The translations under genes were made by a program, and so were the position numbers. This document shows positions 45,997-56,981 of a DNA stretch of 64,000 nt, one piece after another. This DNA is from Minisyncoccota bacterium (GTDB taxonomy: Bacteria; Patescibacteriota; Minisyncoccia; Phycocordibacterales; UBA918). Each line of letters begins with the position of its first letter. Position 1 is the first letter of the stretch. The notes under the pieces are model-generated. The model ran no database searches and was not told the DNA's origin. It saw only the letters and a list, made by a program, of their open reading frames with translations. Location of the stretch: assembly GCA_041389025.1 (NCBI GenBank), contig JAWKSP010000001.1, forward strand, positions 256,002 through 320,001, in the 5' to 3' direction.

Positions 45997-47223
45997 ATGC
46001 CTATTTTTAAATACACTGGAGAGGACAAAGAAGGAAACAGGGTAATTGAAACGGTAGAAGCGGACGATCGGTACGCGGTTTATGACATAGCCAGACAAGC
46101 GGGACATAGAGTTTCTGGTGTGGAAGAGGGTGGTGGTGGATTTAGAAAATTTATTGATGTTGAAAAAATAAATTCCTACCTAAGTCGTGTGTCGGCTGAT
46201 GAAAAAATAATTATTACCAGAAATCTGGGTTCAATGATAAGTGCTGGACTTACTGTAACCCGCGCTTTGTCAGTGATACAGCGACAAACCGAAAACCCCC
46301 GTCTTAAGCAAATAATATCTAAATTAATCGAACAAATAGAAAACGGAAAACAGTTTTATGAAGCTTTAGGTGATTTTAGAGACACGTTCGGTGACATGTA
46401 TATTGCCATGGTAAAGGCTGGTGAGGAAGGTGGAAAGTTGGCGGAAGCTCTACAGACACTGGCTGTTCAGATGGAGCGCTCCAACAATCTGACAAAAAAA
46501 GTAAAAGGAGCAATGATTTATCCGGCTATAGTTATTCTAGTCATGATAATCATAGCAGTCTTGATGATGATTTATGTAATGCCACAAATTACTGGTGTGT
46601 TTAAAAACATGAATATGGATTTACCGGCTACAACTGTGTTTTTAATTGGCACCAGTGATTTCTTTGTTGAACATACGGTTTTGGCTTTAGGTAGTATTGT
46701 GGGAGTGGTAATCGGATTTATTTATTTTTTACGCAGCCAAATCGGCAAGTTTTCTATGTCTTGGCTCGTTACTAGGTTACCTGTCATTGGTACTATGGCC
46801 AAAGAGACCAACGCCGCCAGAACCGCTCGTACTTTGTCTTCGTTACTTAACTCCGGAGTGGATGTGATGCAGTCAATAGAAATTACTGAAGAGGTTGTGC
46901 AAAACGTATTTTACAAACGAATATTGAGTGAAGCTCGAGCTAGAGTAGAAAAAGGTACGCCATTATCAGAGATTTTTATTGAAAGAAAAGATTTGTATCC
47001 AGTTTTGGTGGGTGAAATGATTCTGGTAGGAGAAGAAACCGGACAAATTTCCGGTATGTTGGGAGAGTTGGCAGTGTTTTATGAAACGGAAGTAGAAAGA
47101 AAGACTAAAGATTTATCGACCATCATTGAACCACTCTTGATGGTGGTAATTGGTGTAGCGGTTGGTTTCTTTGCTTTGGCATTAATAGCACCTATCTATT
47201 CTATTTCAGACGGCTTGCAATAA
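45997..47223 (+). CDS. pilC: type IV pilus inner-membrane platform protein PilC / GspF
   Basis: Two T2SF repeats with transmembrane helices (MIYPAIVILVMIIIAV...). Confidence 0.85.
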   Translation: MPIFKYTGEDKEGNRVIETVEADDRYAVYDIARQAGHRVSGVEEGGGGFRKFIDVEKINSYLSRVSADEKIIITRNLGSMISAGLTVTRALSVIQRQTENPRLKQIISKLIEQIENGKQFYEALGDFRDTFGDMYIAMVKAGEEGGKLAEALQTLAVQMERSNNLTKKVKGAMIYPAIVILVMIIIAVLMMIYVMPQITGVFKNMNMDLPATTVFLIGTSDFFVEHTVLALGSIVGVVIGFIYFLRSQIGKFSMSWLVTRLPVIGTMAKETNAARTARTLSSLLNSGVDVMQSIEITEEVVQNVFYKRILSEARARVEKGTPLSEIFIERKDLYPVLVGEMILVGEETGQISGMLGELAVFYETEVERKTKDLSTIIEPLLMVVIGVAVGFFALALIAPIYSISDGLQ

Positions 47224-47230
47224 AACCTAT

Positions 47231-48973
47231 ATGTTTAAAAAAACGTTAAGCAAAAAAGGATTCTCATTGGTAGAGGTTTTGGTGGTGTCTGCGATATTGG
47301 TGTTGGTTTTTGGTGGTTTGTTTACCGCTTTTAATCATTCGTTAAAACTAATTGCCGAATCGCGTGCTAAGTTGACCGCTTTGTCTTTAGTTACTGACCG
47401 TTTAGAGTATCTTCGCTCTCTACCGTACGACGATGTTGGTACTGTGTCTGGGATACCGACTGGTTTGATTCCACAGAATCGTACGATAAATTTAAACGAT
47501 TTGGATTTTGATGAGCGAGTTTTGATTGAATACGTTGATGATCCGGCTGATGGTACTGGTGCGTCTGATAATAATGGTATTTTAGCTGACTATAAAAAGA
47601 TAAAAATTGAATATTCTTGGACAATAAACGGCACAAATCATTCCTTTTTTATGATCAGCAACGTAGTCCCACGTTCTATTGAGTCGACGGCCGGTGGTGG
47701 TTCACTCAGGGTGAATGTGTTTGACGCTAATGTATCTCCTTTGTCTGGGATTGATGTGCGTCTATACAATAACACTACGACTTCCACTATTGATGTTACT
47801 AGAAGTACTGACGCAAGTGGAGTTGCTTTGTTTACTGGTGCTCCGGCGGCCTCTAATTATCAAATATTTGTATCAGCCAATGGATATTCCTCCGATCAAA
47901 CGAGACAAGCCACTACATCATTACCAAACCCTAGTACTTTACCAATTTCAATTTTGGAAGGTGACGTTTCAACGATGAATTTTCAGGTCGACAAAGTTAG
48001 CGATTTAAGTTTTGAATTATTGACTAACCGTTCGATTATGAGCGAAATCGAGCAATTTAATAATTTTTCAGGTACTTCGGTAGTTTCAAGTACGACGATT
48101 TCCGGTGGTAACTTAGTCCTAACTGACAATAGTGGTATCTATGATAGTTCTGGTTATGTTATGCTTGATCCGAATACTCCAAGTTCTTTAGTGAATTGGG
48201 GAGTGGTAGGAGTTACCGCTCTTACTCCAACTGATACTGATGTTAAGATAAGATTTTATACGTCAACCTCAACCAGCGATTTGGTGCCTGATGGTGATTT
48301 ACCTGGTAATTCAATTGGTTTTTCTGATCGATATATTGATTTAAGAGAACTTGATCCTGCAACTTATCCAACTTTAGTGGTCGGGGTGTTTTTGAGTACA
48401 TCTGACACATCAGTATCACCAACTGTTGATGAAATTAATCTACCTTACGTTGATAGTGTTAGTTATTTGTCTGGATTTACCGCTAATATAAGAGGGGATA
48501 AAACCATCGGTACTTTAGTTGATGCTTCACCGGTTTACAAATATGATATTAGTACTACCACTGATACATTGGGTAGGATTGATTTAAAAGATATAGAGTG
48601 GGATGTCTACACATTATCACTCGGTGGATTTTATGTGGTAAAAGATGCTTGTCCAGCTAGTCCATACAACTTATCTCCAAATACAGCAGAGCAAGCCACT
48701 TATCTGTTGTCACCGACTACCGCCAATAGTTTACGACTTAAAGTAGTTGATGTGTCTGGTGATGCAATAATTGGTGCGACTGTCGAACTAATTAAGTCTG
48801 GATTGTCACAAGGGTTCGCGTACACCAGTTGGTGCGGACAAGTTTACTTTGATGGATTAGCTAGTGATACCGATTATGAACTTAATATTTCTGCTAATGA
48901 ATATATTTCACAAAATATTTCACCTTATTCAATAAGTAACACACAAGTTGAAGAAATTATTTTGTTACAATAG
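47231..48973 (+). CDS. large prepilin-type protein (class III signal peptide, 580 aa)
   Basis: KKGFSLVEVLVVSAILVLVFGG is the prepilin peptidase cleavage/N-methylation motif (G/FSLVE). Long T/S-rich extracellular domain. Confidence 0.75.
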   Translation: MFKKTLSKKGFSLVEVLVVSAILVLVFGGLFTAFNHSLKLIAESRAKLTALSLVTDRLEYLRSLPYDDVGTVSGIPTGLIPQNRTINLNDLDFDERVLIEYVDDPADGTGASDNNGILADYKKIKIEYSWTINGTNHSFFMISNVVPRSIESTAGGGSLRVNVFDANVSPLSGIDVRLYNNTTTSTIDVTRSTDASGVALFTGAPAASNYQIFVSANGYSSDQTRQATTSLPNPSTLPISILEGDVSTMNFQVDKVSDLSFELLTNRSIMSEIEQFNNFSGTSVVSSTTISGGNLVLTDNSGIYDSSGYVMLDPNTPSSLVNWGVVGVTALTPTDTDVKIRFYTSTSTSDLVPDGDLPGNSIGFSDRYIDLRELDPATYPTLVVGVFLSTSDTSVSPTVDEINLPYVDSVSYLSGFTANIRGDKTIGTLVDASPVYKYDISTTTDTLGRIDLKDIEWDVYTLSLGGFYVVKDACPASPYNLSPNTAEQATYLLSPTTANSLRLKVVDVSGDAIIGATVELIKSGLSQGFAYTSWCGQVYFDGLASDTDYELNISANEYISQNISPYSISNTQVEEIILLQ

Positions 48974-48994
48974 AATTGAAGTAAGGGTTTTATT

Positions 48995-49630
48995 ATGAAT
49001 ATCTCTAAATCAAGTTTTTTTGATAAGTTAAACTTAAAAAGAGGATTTACTTTAGCTGAGACGATAATTATCATCAGTTTGTATACCATATTGAGCTTGG
49101 CTATCTTTAGTGCTGTTTTTTATCTATATCAATCAAATTCATACACCATAGATCAGTCAAATGAAGTAGAAAACGCCAGAAAAGGTCTTTATGTGTGGTT
49201 GGATGATGTAAAAGAAATGAATTTTGCCGATGATGGTGCTTTTCCGTTGGCTTTGATGGATACCAATCAGATGGGTTTTTATAGTGATATAGATGATGAT
49301 CCGTCGGTTGAATACATCGAGTACATATTATCTACCACCACTCTTTATAAACGGGTGTATGAGGCTTCCGGCTATCCACCGGTTTACAATTTTGCTACAT
49401 CATCTAAGGTTGAGACTTTATCAGAATACGTACAAAACATTGACCAAGGAATTGAAACTTTTACTTATTTTGATACCGATGGAGTGAAATTATCTACCAC
49501 CACCGGCCTTCTGACTGACGTTAGATACTTTGAGGTAAATATAGTGGTCAATATTGACCCGCTTCGCTCGCCAGGTGAATTTCTTTTACAAAGTGGGGCT
49601 GTGCCAAGAAACTTAAAAGATAACCTATAG
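48995..49630 (+). CDS. minor pilin / pseudopilin (prepilin-type N-terminus)
   Basis: LKRGFTLAETIIIISL. Confidence 0.7.
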   Translation: MNISKSSFFDKLNLKRGFTLAETIIIISLYTILSLAIFSAVFYLYQSNSYTIDQSNEVENARKGLYVWLDDVKEMNFADDGAFPLALMDTNQMGFYSDIDDDPSVEYIEYILSTTTLYKRVYEASGYPPVYNFATSSKVETLSEYVQNIDQGIETFTYFDTDGVKLSTTTGLLTDVRYFEVNIVVNIDPLRSPGEFLLQSGAVPRNLKDNL

Positions 49631-49641
49631 CAAATTTTTAT

Positions 49642-51084
49642 ATGCAAACAAAAAATAACAACTCAGATACAGAAAACACTAAAAATTTAAAACGAGGTTA
49701 TCTTCTGGTCACTGTCTTGGTTTTTGGTTCAATATTTTTTGTTATAATAGTTTCTTTTATTGGTTATATCATTACTCAAAACCACCTAATAAACCAAAAA
49801 GTGCAGATACAAAAAGCTGGTGATATCGCTGAGGCTGGACTTAATTACTATAAATGGTATTTAGCGCATTATCCGGACGATACCACTAACGGCACCGGTT
49901 TGCCCGGACCATATGTACATACTTATAATGATCCGGAAGGAGGAGTGATTGGCGAATTTTCCTTAGCTATTTCCAGTAGTACATACTGCGGGGACGTGGC
50001 CTCAATTGATGTTTATTCAACCGGAATTAGTTATGAAGACCCTTCGGTACACAAAACCATAGTAGCTAAGTACTCCCGTCCAACAGTGGCTGAGTATTCA
50101 TTCATTATAAATTCAAACGTATGGGCCGGTGCCGACCGAAATATCATTGGCCCTTATCACTCTAATGGTGGTATTAGAATGGACGGCACCAACCATTCTA
50201 TCGTTACTAGTGGCCAAACTAGCTGGAATTGCACCAGTAGTTTTGGTTGTTCCCCAGATTCGACCGAAGACGGTGTTTTTACTACTGTTAACGGAAATGC
50301 TTCATTGTTTTCTTTTCCTTCGCCACCAATAAACTTTACAGGCTTGACAGTGAATTTGTCACAAATGATGGATAGGGCGCAAAATGCTGGTGGTACCTAC
50401 ATACCACCTTCAAGCACTTATGGCTATCGAATAACTTTTAATAACAATGACACAATAACTGTCGATGAGGTAACCAACACAAGTCAGTATTGGGGTTATA
50501 CATCAGCGGGTGGTTGGCAACTGGAAAGAAATGTAATATCTGGAACGTCATTTGTTGGCACCTACAATATTTCCTCTGATTGTCCATTAATTTTTGTTGA
50601 AGATAAAGTTTGGCTTGAAGGTACGGTTAATGGGAAAGTCACTTTAGCGGCGGCTGATGTAAATACTGCAGGTGTTGATCCAAGTATTGTACTAAATGAT
50701 CACATCACCTATACCTCAGCTACTTCTTCAGGACTTTTAGCGATTGCTGAAGAAGATGTTCTGTTTGGTCTTACGGTACCGAACAACCTTGTTCTTAATG
50801 GTATATTTATTGCCCAAAACGGACGAGTGGGACGCAATCACTACAGTAGTGCATATTTACCAGGTTCTTTAGATCCTTATGTATTTAGAAACTCTGTTAC
50901 CATGACCGGAACAATTGTTTCAAACGGACGAGTTGGTTCACAGTGGACAAGTGGCGGGATACCTATTTCCGGTTTCTTAAATCGGCAAAACAACTATGAC
51001 AGAAATTTAGTCAATGCCCCACCACCTTTAGTGCCTAACACCTCGGACGTTTTTGAAATAACCGACTGGCGAGATGTTAAGTAA
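49642..51084 (+). CDS. pilus-associated protein with pilin-like N-terminal transmembrane segment (480 aa)
   Basis: LKRGYLLVTVLVFGSIFFVII is a non-canonical prepilin-like segment. Lies in the pilus locus. Confidence 0.5.
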   Translation: MQTKNNNSDTENTKNLKRGYLLVTVLVFGSIFFVIIVSFIGYIITQNHLINQKVQIQKAGDIAEAGLNYYKWYLAHYPDDTTNGTGLPGPYVHTYNDPEGGVIGEFSLAISSSTYCGDVASIDVYSTGISYEDPSVHKTIVAKYSRPTVAEYSFIINSNVWAGADRNIIGPYHSNGGIRMDGTNHSIVTSGQTSWNCTSSFGCSPDSTEDGVFTTVNGNASLFSFPSPPINFTGLTVNLSQMMDRAQNAGGTYIPPSSTYGYRITFNNNDTITVDEVTNTSQYWGYTSAGGWQLERNVISGTSFVGTYNISSDCPLIFVEDKVWLEGTVNGKVTLAAADVNTAGVDPSIVLNDHITYTSATSSGLLAIAEEDVLFGLTVPNNLVLNGIFIAQNGRVGRNHYSSAYLPGSLDPYVFRNSVTMTGTIVSNGRVGSQWTSGGIPISGFLNRQNNYDRNLVNAPPPLVPNTSDVFEITDWRDVK

Positions 51085-51115
51085 CTTATATCCTCTGTGA
51101 TACAATCAGTGACAT

Positions 51116-51889
51116 ATGAAAAAAGTAAAACCATTAGTGGTAGCTAATTGGAAGCTTAATCCCACTAAATTGACTGAAGCCAAAAACTTATCCTCAGATA
51201 CTAAAAAGAAAGTAGTAAAATTGAAAGAGGTAGAAATTGTGATTGCCCCACCAATGATTTTTGTGTCGGAAGTGGCAAAAATATTACAAAGAAGTGAAGT
51301 GAAGCTTGGAGTACAAAATGTATTTTATGAAGAACGCGGTCCATTTACCGGTGAAGTGGCGCCAGGGATGGTGGAGCAATTTGGAGTCAGGTACGTGATT
51401 ATCGGTCATTCTGAGAGACGAAAGTTGGGAGTAACCGATAAAGATGTAAATTTAAAAATTAAAGCGGTTTTGAAAAAAAAGATGACACCGATTGTGTGTA
51501 TTGGTGAACGAAGTCGAGATAATGAAGGAAAATTTTTTGGGGAAGTGGAAAATGAAATTAAAGCTTTGGCAGAAGATTTAACACTAAATGAACTTAAAAA
51601 GATTGTAATTGCTTACGAACCGATTTGGGCGATTGGTACCGGAAAAACCGCTACTGCTGAAGACGTAAAAGAGATGCAGTTATTTATTGTCAGCACTTTA
51701 ACCAAGCTTTACGATAGAAAGACAGCTGAAAAAATAACATTGCTTTACGGTGGATCTGTCAAAGCTAGTTTGGCCAAAAACCTCCATGAACAAGGTGGTA
51801 TGAACGGCTTTTTAGTAGGGGGCGCTAGTCTTAAGACCAATGAGTTTGCCGGAATAATTAAAGCGGTAATTGAAGTTGATAAAAAATAA
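51116..51889 (+). CDS. tpiA: triosephosphate isomerase
   Basis: VVANWKLN, IGHSERR, AYEPIWAIGTG, GGSV. Confidence 0.9.
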   Translation: MKKVKPLVVANWKLNPTKLTEAKNLSSDTKKKVVKLKEVEIVIAPPMIFVSEVAKILQRSEVKLGVQNVFYEERGPFTGEVAPGMVEQFGVRYVIIGHSERRKLGVTDKDVNLKIKAVLKKKMTPIVCIGERSRDNEGKFFGEVENEIKALAEDLTLNELKKIVIAYEPIWAIGTGKTATAEDVKEMQLFIVSTLTKLYDRKTAEKITLLYGGSVKASLAKNLHEQGGMNGFLVGGASLKTNEFAGIIKAVIEVDKK

Positions 51890-51898
51890 ATTTTCTGT

Positions 51899-53035
51899 AT
51901 GAAATTAAAATTGATAACGGAAGTAGAAGATTTAAGAGGTAAATACGTATTAGTGCGATCGTCACTAAATGTGCCACTTGATGGTGAAAAAGTACGTGAT
52001 GATTTTCGATTGAAAAGAGCAATACCGACTTTGCAATATTTACGTGACCAAGGAGCTAAAGTGATAATTATTTCCCATATCGGTCGAGAAGTAGATGAAA
52101 CTTTAAAACCGGTATTTAATTATTTTAATAAGCCGGAGATATTGCCAATGACTTGGGGTGGTAAGATCACCGACTCAGCTTTCATTGAATCCAAAGATAA
52201 TATGAAGGAGGGAGATATCGTCATGTGTGAAAACTTAAGGCAAGATAAGCGCGAGGAGGAAAATGATGAAAATCTGGCCAAGTTAATCGCTGATTTTGGT
52301 GATATATACGTAAACGACGCTTTTGCTGCTACTCACCGCGAACATGTATCCACCTATGGTGTAGCAAAACTTTTACCGGCTTATGCTGGCATTACTTTAG
52401 CTGAAGAAGTGACTGAGTTGACCAAAATGATGAATCCTTGTCAGCCTTCAATTCTGCTTTTAGGTGGCGCAAAATTTGAAACTAAAATGCCGTTAGTAGA
52501 AAAATACTTAGAACTTTACGATCATATTTTTATTGGTGGTGCTTTAACGCACGATATTATGAAAGCTCGTGGTCTTGAGGTCGGTAAATCTCTTGTATCA
52601 GATGTCTCTTTAGTGGATAGTCCATTTTTGTGGAGTGAGAAACTTCTTATACCAAAAGACGTAGTGGTAGAAAATTCTACTGGTGAAAAAATTACTAAAT
52701 CAGTTGATGTAGTGTTGCCAGATGAAAAGATTTTTGATTTAGGTGAAAAAACAATTTCCATGTTGAAGCCTTATTTGGAGGAAGCTTGTGCTGTACTTTG
52801 GAATGGGCCATTTGGTAATTACGAATTTGGCTATAACGAAGGAACGGAAGCGGTAGCTAGAATAGTAGCTGATGCAAAAGGAGTTAGTGTGATTGGTGGT
52901 GGAGATACAGTGGCTTCAGTCAATAAACTGAACTTGGTAGATAAGTTTGAGTTTGTCTCTATTGGTGGCGGAGCTATGTTGACTCTTTTAGAACATGGTA
53001 CTACTCCGGTGATTGAACTTTTGCGAAAAAAGTGA
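51899..53035 (+). CDS. pgk: phosphoglycerate kinase
   Basis: N-terminal LVRSSLNVPLDG...RLKRAIPTLQYL; C-terminal GGGDT and GGGAMLTLLE. Confidence 0.9.
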   Translation: MKLKLITEVEDLRGKYVLVRSSLNVPLDGEKVRDDFRLKRAIPTLQYLRDQGAKVIIISHIGREVDETLKPVFNYFNKPEILPMTWGGKITDSAFIESKDNMKEGDIVMCENLRQDKREEENDENLAKLIADFGDIYVNDAFAATHREHVSTYGVAKLLPAYAGITLAEEVTELTKMMNPCQPSILLLGGAKFETKMPLVEKYLELYDHIFIGGALTHDIMKARGLEVGKSLVSDVSLVDSPFLWSEKLLIPKDVVVENSTGEKITKSVDVVLPDEKIFDLGEKTISMLKPYLEEACAVLWNGPFGNYEFGYNEGTEAVARIVADAKGVSVIGGGDTVASVNKLNLVDKFEFVSIGGGAMLTLLEHGTTPVIELLRKK

Positions 53036-53113
53036 GCAACAGTATAGGATACACTTGTTTTGTTACTGTTGATGGTCGTTGATAAAGAAATAGGTGTGTT
53101 GGGCATACAAAAA

Positions 53114-53163
53114 AAGAGTGGGCGGTAAATCACAAAGTGATTTACCCGCCCACTCTTTTTTTG
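53114..53163 (+). terminator. strong intrinsic terminator after pgk
   Basis: agagtgggcggtaaatcacaaagtgatttacccgcccactct followed by ttttttt. Confidence 0.8.
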
Positions 53164-53258
53164 TATTCCAAAATTCCAAGTACACCACAATTAAAATCCG
53201 ATTTTAACACCACACGACAGTTAATAAATGGTAAACAAAAGTCTGATAGAATTAATGA

Positions 53259-55631
53259 ATGTTTGAGAAACCTAAACATAATTCATTAGAAAATACGCAT
53301 AAAAACGATGATTCATATTCTGAATGGTCGGATTCATATAGAATAGCTGAATATGCACATACTGGAGACGCTTCTTGTTTAACTCCGACCTTGGCTCGTT
53401 CAATGAAGATTGGTTATGAACAAATGCTAAAAGTTCCTGGTGTAACAACGGAAGATGTTGAGGCGGCTAGGATTTGGTCAGAGGAATTTGATTTTGAGAC
53501 GGAAGCAGTAAACCAAAAGATTTTGGAAAATTATGGTTTGGATAAAAAAAGCATAGAAAATTTGACTGAAGAGGGAACCGAATCTTATATAAAACATCTT
53601 TTTGAAACGGCCAGTCTATCTATATCGATAGACAACATAAATGAACAACTTCAAGATAGAGAGATTGCGGTCAAAGCATATGACATGATTATTGATTTTT
53701 TAATGAGTGAGGAAGGTTGTGTTAATAACCTTTTTTCGGTGGTAAGGTATACAAGTTCGGAGGGGGTAAGAGATATACAAATTATAAAAAAAATTTTTCA
53801 GGACATACATCAAAAGTTTATTTTATTATCTAACACTTCTGATATTTCAGAAGAAGAAAAGAGGTTGGGTAATAAATACGCTCAGATTTTGAATGAGTAT
53901 GCCGAAATTACAAATTATTTTTCAAACATCGAGTCTGTACCTAGTGATATTAATTACTTAACATATAGCTATCTCAATAATTTTTGTTTGGAAAGAAGAT
54001 TTACTGAACCGTCTACTATAGATAATGAAGAGTTGTGGCTAGCAGATCAAATGATCGGTCTGGAGCGGCTGGCTGATTTCAATAGAGATACTTTAATTCC
54101 GTTTGAAATAGAAAGAGGACGAATAGCTATTTTTGATTGGAACAGTACTGCTTTGTATACACATAATAAAAAAAATCCAGATGAATATTTACACTACATA
54201 GACAATCTTAAATCACAGATAGAATATTCTGTAAAAGGACAATATTTTGCGCGTCGTATTGTGGCTGATATACCACCTGAGTTGATGGACGAAGCTGACT
54301 ATTTGATTGACGCTGGAGAACAGGTGGGTTTGGGTAGTACAAAAGATATTTTTGTTAATCAGGAACAATTGAGAGATTACTTACATCTGTTACGTGCCGA
54401 CATGAGGGAGACGATAGAAAATGATTTCAATTTCTCTCTAAAGGATTTATCGATTAAGGAACAGGTCTATTTCTTAACTTATCTGCAAAAATCGTCTGTT
54501 GAAAAAGCAGAGTCTGTAAGTAATTTAGTTTCTTCCTATGGAGTTTCTGGTATGCGCACCTTCCTCTCTCTTGAGCAGGGCGATGAGTCTTTAGGAAACG
54601 ACATAGTGGAATTTGGGCAGAATTTTGGCGATGCGGATAAAATCTTTTCATATTATGGAGAGCTTTTAGACAGTGCTGACAACGCAGAAGAATTAGTAAA
54701 AGAAGCGGTTGATTGTGACAGTGTGGAATGTTACGCCTTTATAGAGCAAGTACGAGAAAATATTTTAAATCGAGCTCAGAAGGATTTGGAGAAAGCGGTA
54801 CGAGCTAAAGATTTGAAAAATCTTGAGCAAAGTTTGGGAAATTACGTGGCAGAGGCTAAAGAGTATGTGGCTTTACTGCAGGAAGTTGGAAGAAGTAATA
54901 TAGAGAAAGTCTCAGCCAATTCCTTATCTGAAGCTGACAAGAAGTCCATGGCTGAACTTCTTATAAAAAATTACGAAGCAATCAGTCCCGGGGAAGATCA
55001 GGCAGGTTTTAGGGAGGCGGTTTTGAGTTCTTTAATCAATAGTTTTGATAATCCAAATACTGAATTTAGAATTTTACGTGACAAAGATAAAATAGTCAGC
55101 TTCAATCGTTTTGATACCGTTGTAGACGAAAGAGGGAACGAGATAACTTACTTTGGATCCTTTAACGCTGATCCGACTTATAGTGGAGTGGGTGGAGTGG
55201 TACTTGAAGAAACTATTAAAGATAGACTAAAAGACGGTCGGCCAATGCAGGCTCACACTGACCCCAACCAACCGATAACTAAGAAATATATCAATAGTGG
55301 ATTTGTAGTTACAAACATAGAACAGAATTACGCTAATACTGGTCGTATGATTTTCGAGATCTGGCAATCACCGGATGTAAATAATATATTAAAAACTAAA
55401 CAAGCTGGTGATGATGAGCTCCTTAGTATGATAGGGAGTGAGGATGGTGAGGTGACAGTTAGAGAGCAAAGGGAAAATGACAAATATGAAGAAATAGATA
55501 GCGGAATGGTGCTAACCCGTTATATCAAAGACAAAAACAAGACCTATCTAGTATTTGAGAAATACACTTTTGGTGCCAGAGAAGACGGCGTTGATAACGA
55601 AAACAAACTCAAGGAAAAAGAAGCGGCTTAA
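53259..55631 (+). CDS. large hypothetical protein (790 aa)
   Basis: Long clean ORF; no recognisable motif. Confidence 0.5.
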   Translation: MFEKPKHNSLENTHKNDDSYSEWSDSYRIAEYAHTGDASCLTPTLARSMKIGYEQMLKVPGVTTEDVEAARIWSEEFDFETEAVNQKILENYGLDKKSIENLTEEGTESYIKHLFETASLSISIDNINEQLQDREIAVKAYDMIIDFLMSEEGCVNNLFSVVRYTSSEGVRDIQIIKKIFQDIHQKFILLSNTSDISEEEKRLGNKYAQILNEYAEITNYFSNIESVPSDINYLTYSYLNNFCLERRFTEPSTIDNEELWLADQMIGLERLADFNRDTLIPFEIERGRIAIFDWNSTALYTHNKKNPDEYLHYIDNLKSQIEYSVKGQYFARRIVADIPPELMDEADYLIDAGEQVGLGSTKDIFVNQEQLRDYLHLLRADMRETIENDFNFSLKDLSIKEQVYFLTYLQKSSVEKAESVSNLVSSYGVSGMRTFLSLEQGDESLGNDIVEFGQNFGDADKIFSYYGELLDSADNAEELVKEAVDCDSVECYAFIEQVRENILNRAQKDLEKAVRAKDLKNLEQSLGNYVAEAKEYVALLQEVGRSNIEKVSANSLSEADKKSMAELLIKNYEAISPGEDQAGFREAVLSSLINSFDNPNTEFRILRDKDKIVSFNRFDTVVDERGNEITYFGSFNADPTYSGVGGVVLEETIKDRLKDGRPMQAHTDPNQPITKKYINSGFVVTNIEQNYANTGRMIFEIWQSPDVNNILKTKQAGDDELLSMIGSEDGEVTVREQRENDKYEEIDSGMVLTRYIKDKNKTYLVFEKYTFGAREDGVDNENKLKEKEAA

Positions 55632-56458
55632 ACAATATCTCCACTACTTAAATTCCACATACTTTCAAACAAGTATTTATGGGTATTGGCTATGTATTGA
55701 TCGGTGATGATTATTCCTACTAAATAATTATCGGTAAGGGTAATATATGACACTTTTTGGTCGTAAATCTGCATAACGGTTTGGAAATTTGGTCTTTGAC
55801 CAGTTTCTTTTATTAATTTTACCGTAGTAACTGCGTGATCATATGACTTTAGAAAATCTCGGCTTATCTTAGAATCAATTACCAAAGCTCTTTTCTTTAT
55901 CTTTTTATCCTCCCGCATTACTGAATATTCAGCGTTTAATTCAGGTATATATTTTTCAATCGCCTCTAAGTCGGCATAGGAGAGAATTTCTTCGGTAGAA
56001 GTGAGACTGTCCATTAGAACTTCCCATACCCCGTCTTTTCCTTCGTAAAACTGCATACCGGGCTTGCCTGAGGTGAGATTAAAGAGTGAGGAAAGTTTGC
56101 CGGAAGTACTTAAAAACTCTTCCTTAGTCCGTTCAACGCGGGCTTTTTCGGCGTCAATGGCTTTGTTTATAGCTACCGGATGCTTGGGGGCGAAAGTCGC
56201 CACCTTACCTTCCGGATCTTTCTTTTCTGCTAAATCTAGTCGGATCAATTCTTCCAGCACCTTATAGACTAGTGGTCTGGATAGGGAATATTCACCAGGG
56301 ATGGCTTTCGAGATAGTGCTAGCCGGTGATTCTCCAAGCTTCAAAAGTGCTTCATAAACCACCGCCTGCTCTTTGGAGAGGCCGGCAGAAGCAATGTTTT
56401 CGGTATATTCAAGGTTTATCATATCCCTATACAATAGCATATTATTTGTATTTGTCAC
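55628..56458 (-). CDS. TrmB-family transcriptional regulator
   Basis: LSKEQAVVYEALLKLGESPASTISKAIPGEYSLSRPLVYKVLEELIRLDL. GTG or an internal ATG start. The palindrome TTGTCACATGACAA at 56452-56465 sits in the 5' region. Confidence 0.7.
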   Translation of the reverse strand: MTNTNNMLLYRDMINLEYTENIASAGLSKEQAVVYEALLKLGESPASTISKAIPGEYSLSRPLVYKVLEELIRLDLAEKKDPEGKVATFAPKHPVAINKAIDAEKARVERTKEEFLSTSGKLSSLFNLTSGKPGMQFYEGKDGVWEVLMDSLTSTEEILSYADLEAIEKYIPELNAEYSVMREDKKIKKRALVIDSKISRDFLKSYDHAVTTVKLIKETGQRPNFQTVMQIYDQKVSYITLTDNYLVGIIITDQYIANTHKYLFESMWNLSSGDIV

Positions 56459-56939
56459 ATGACAATTACAAAAATATGTTGATAACTAACAAAATAAATG
56501 TCTAAAAACAAGGATTTTATACTAAATTGTATTAAAACTGTACAATAAGATTGACAATACACCAAAACCCTGTTATGCTATACACAGTTAAATAAAGACC
56601 ACAACGGTCAAGGAGAGAGTACCTTCAAAGGAATCATTAGAAATGACTAAGAGCCCAACCTTCGCTCCAGCCCTCGAAAGCGAGAGCAGGACGGTGACCA
56701 CAGCCGAAAGTGTGGCAGACAAAGAAGGAAAGGGAATCACTCTTACATTAAATCTAGATGATTGTTTGCACGATACTGGAGATAGGCCGCAAACCCATCT
56801 CATATATAAGGTATCACCCGTGTAACTCCAAACTTAGGTTTGGAAGGACATCGGCTGGAAACAAAACCCTAACCAAGTTTTGTTTTCAGAAATGTCCTTT
56901 TCATACAGACGAACGCAGTGAGGACAATATAAAAAGAGA

Positions 56940-56981
56940 CCCAGCACCACTTTGGTGCCTTGGCACCAAAGTGGTGCTGGG
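56940..56981. other. perfect GC-rich 18-bp-stem hairpin inside a 600-bp non-coding gap
   Basis: cccagcaccactttggtgc-cttg-gcaccaaagtggtgctggg. Confidence 0.6.
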
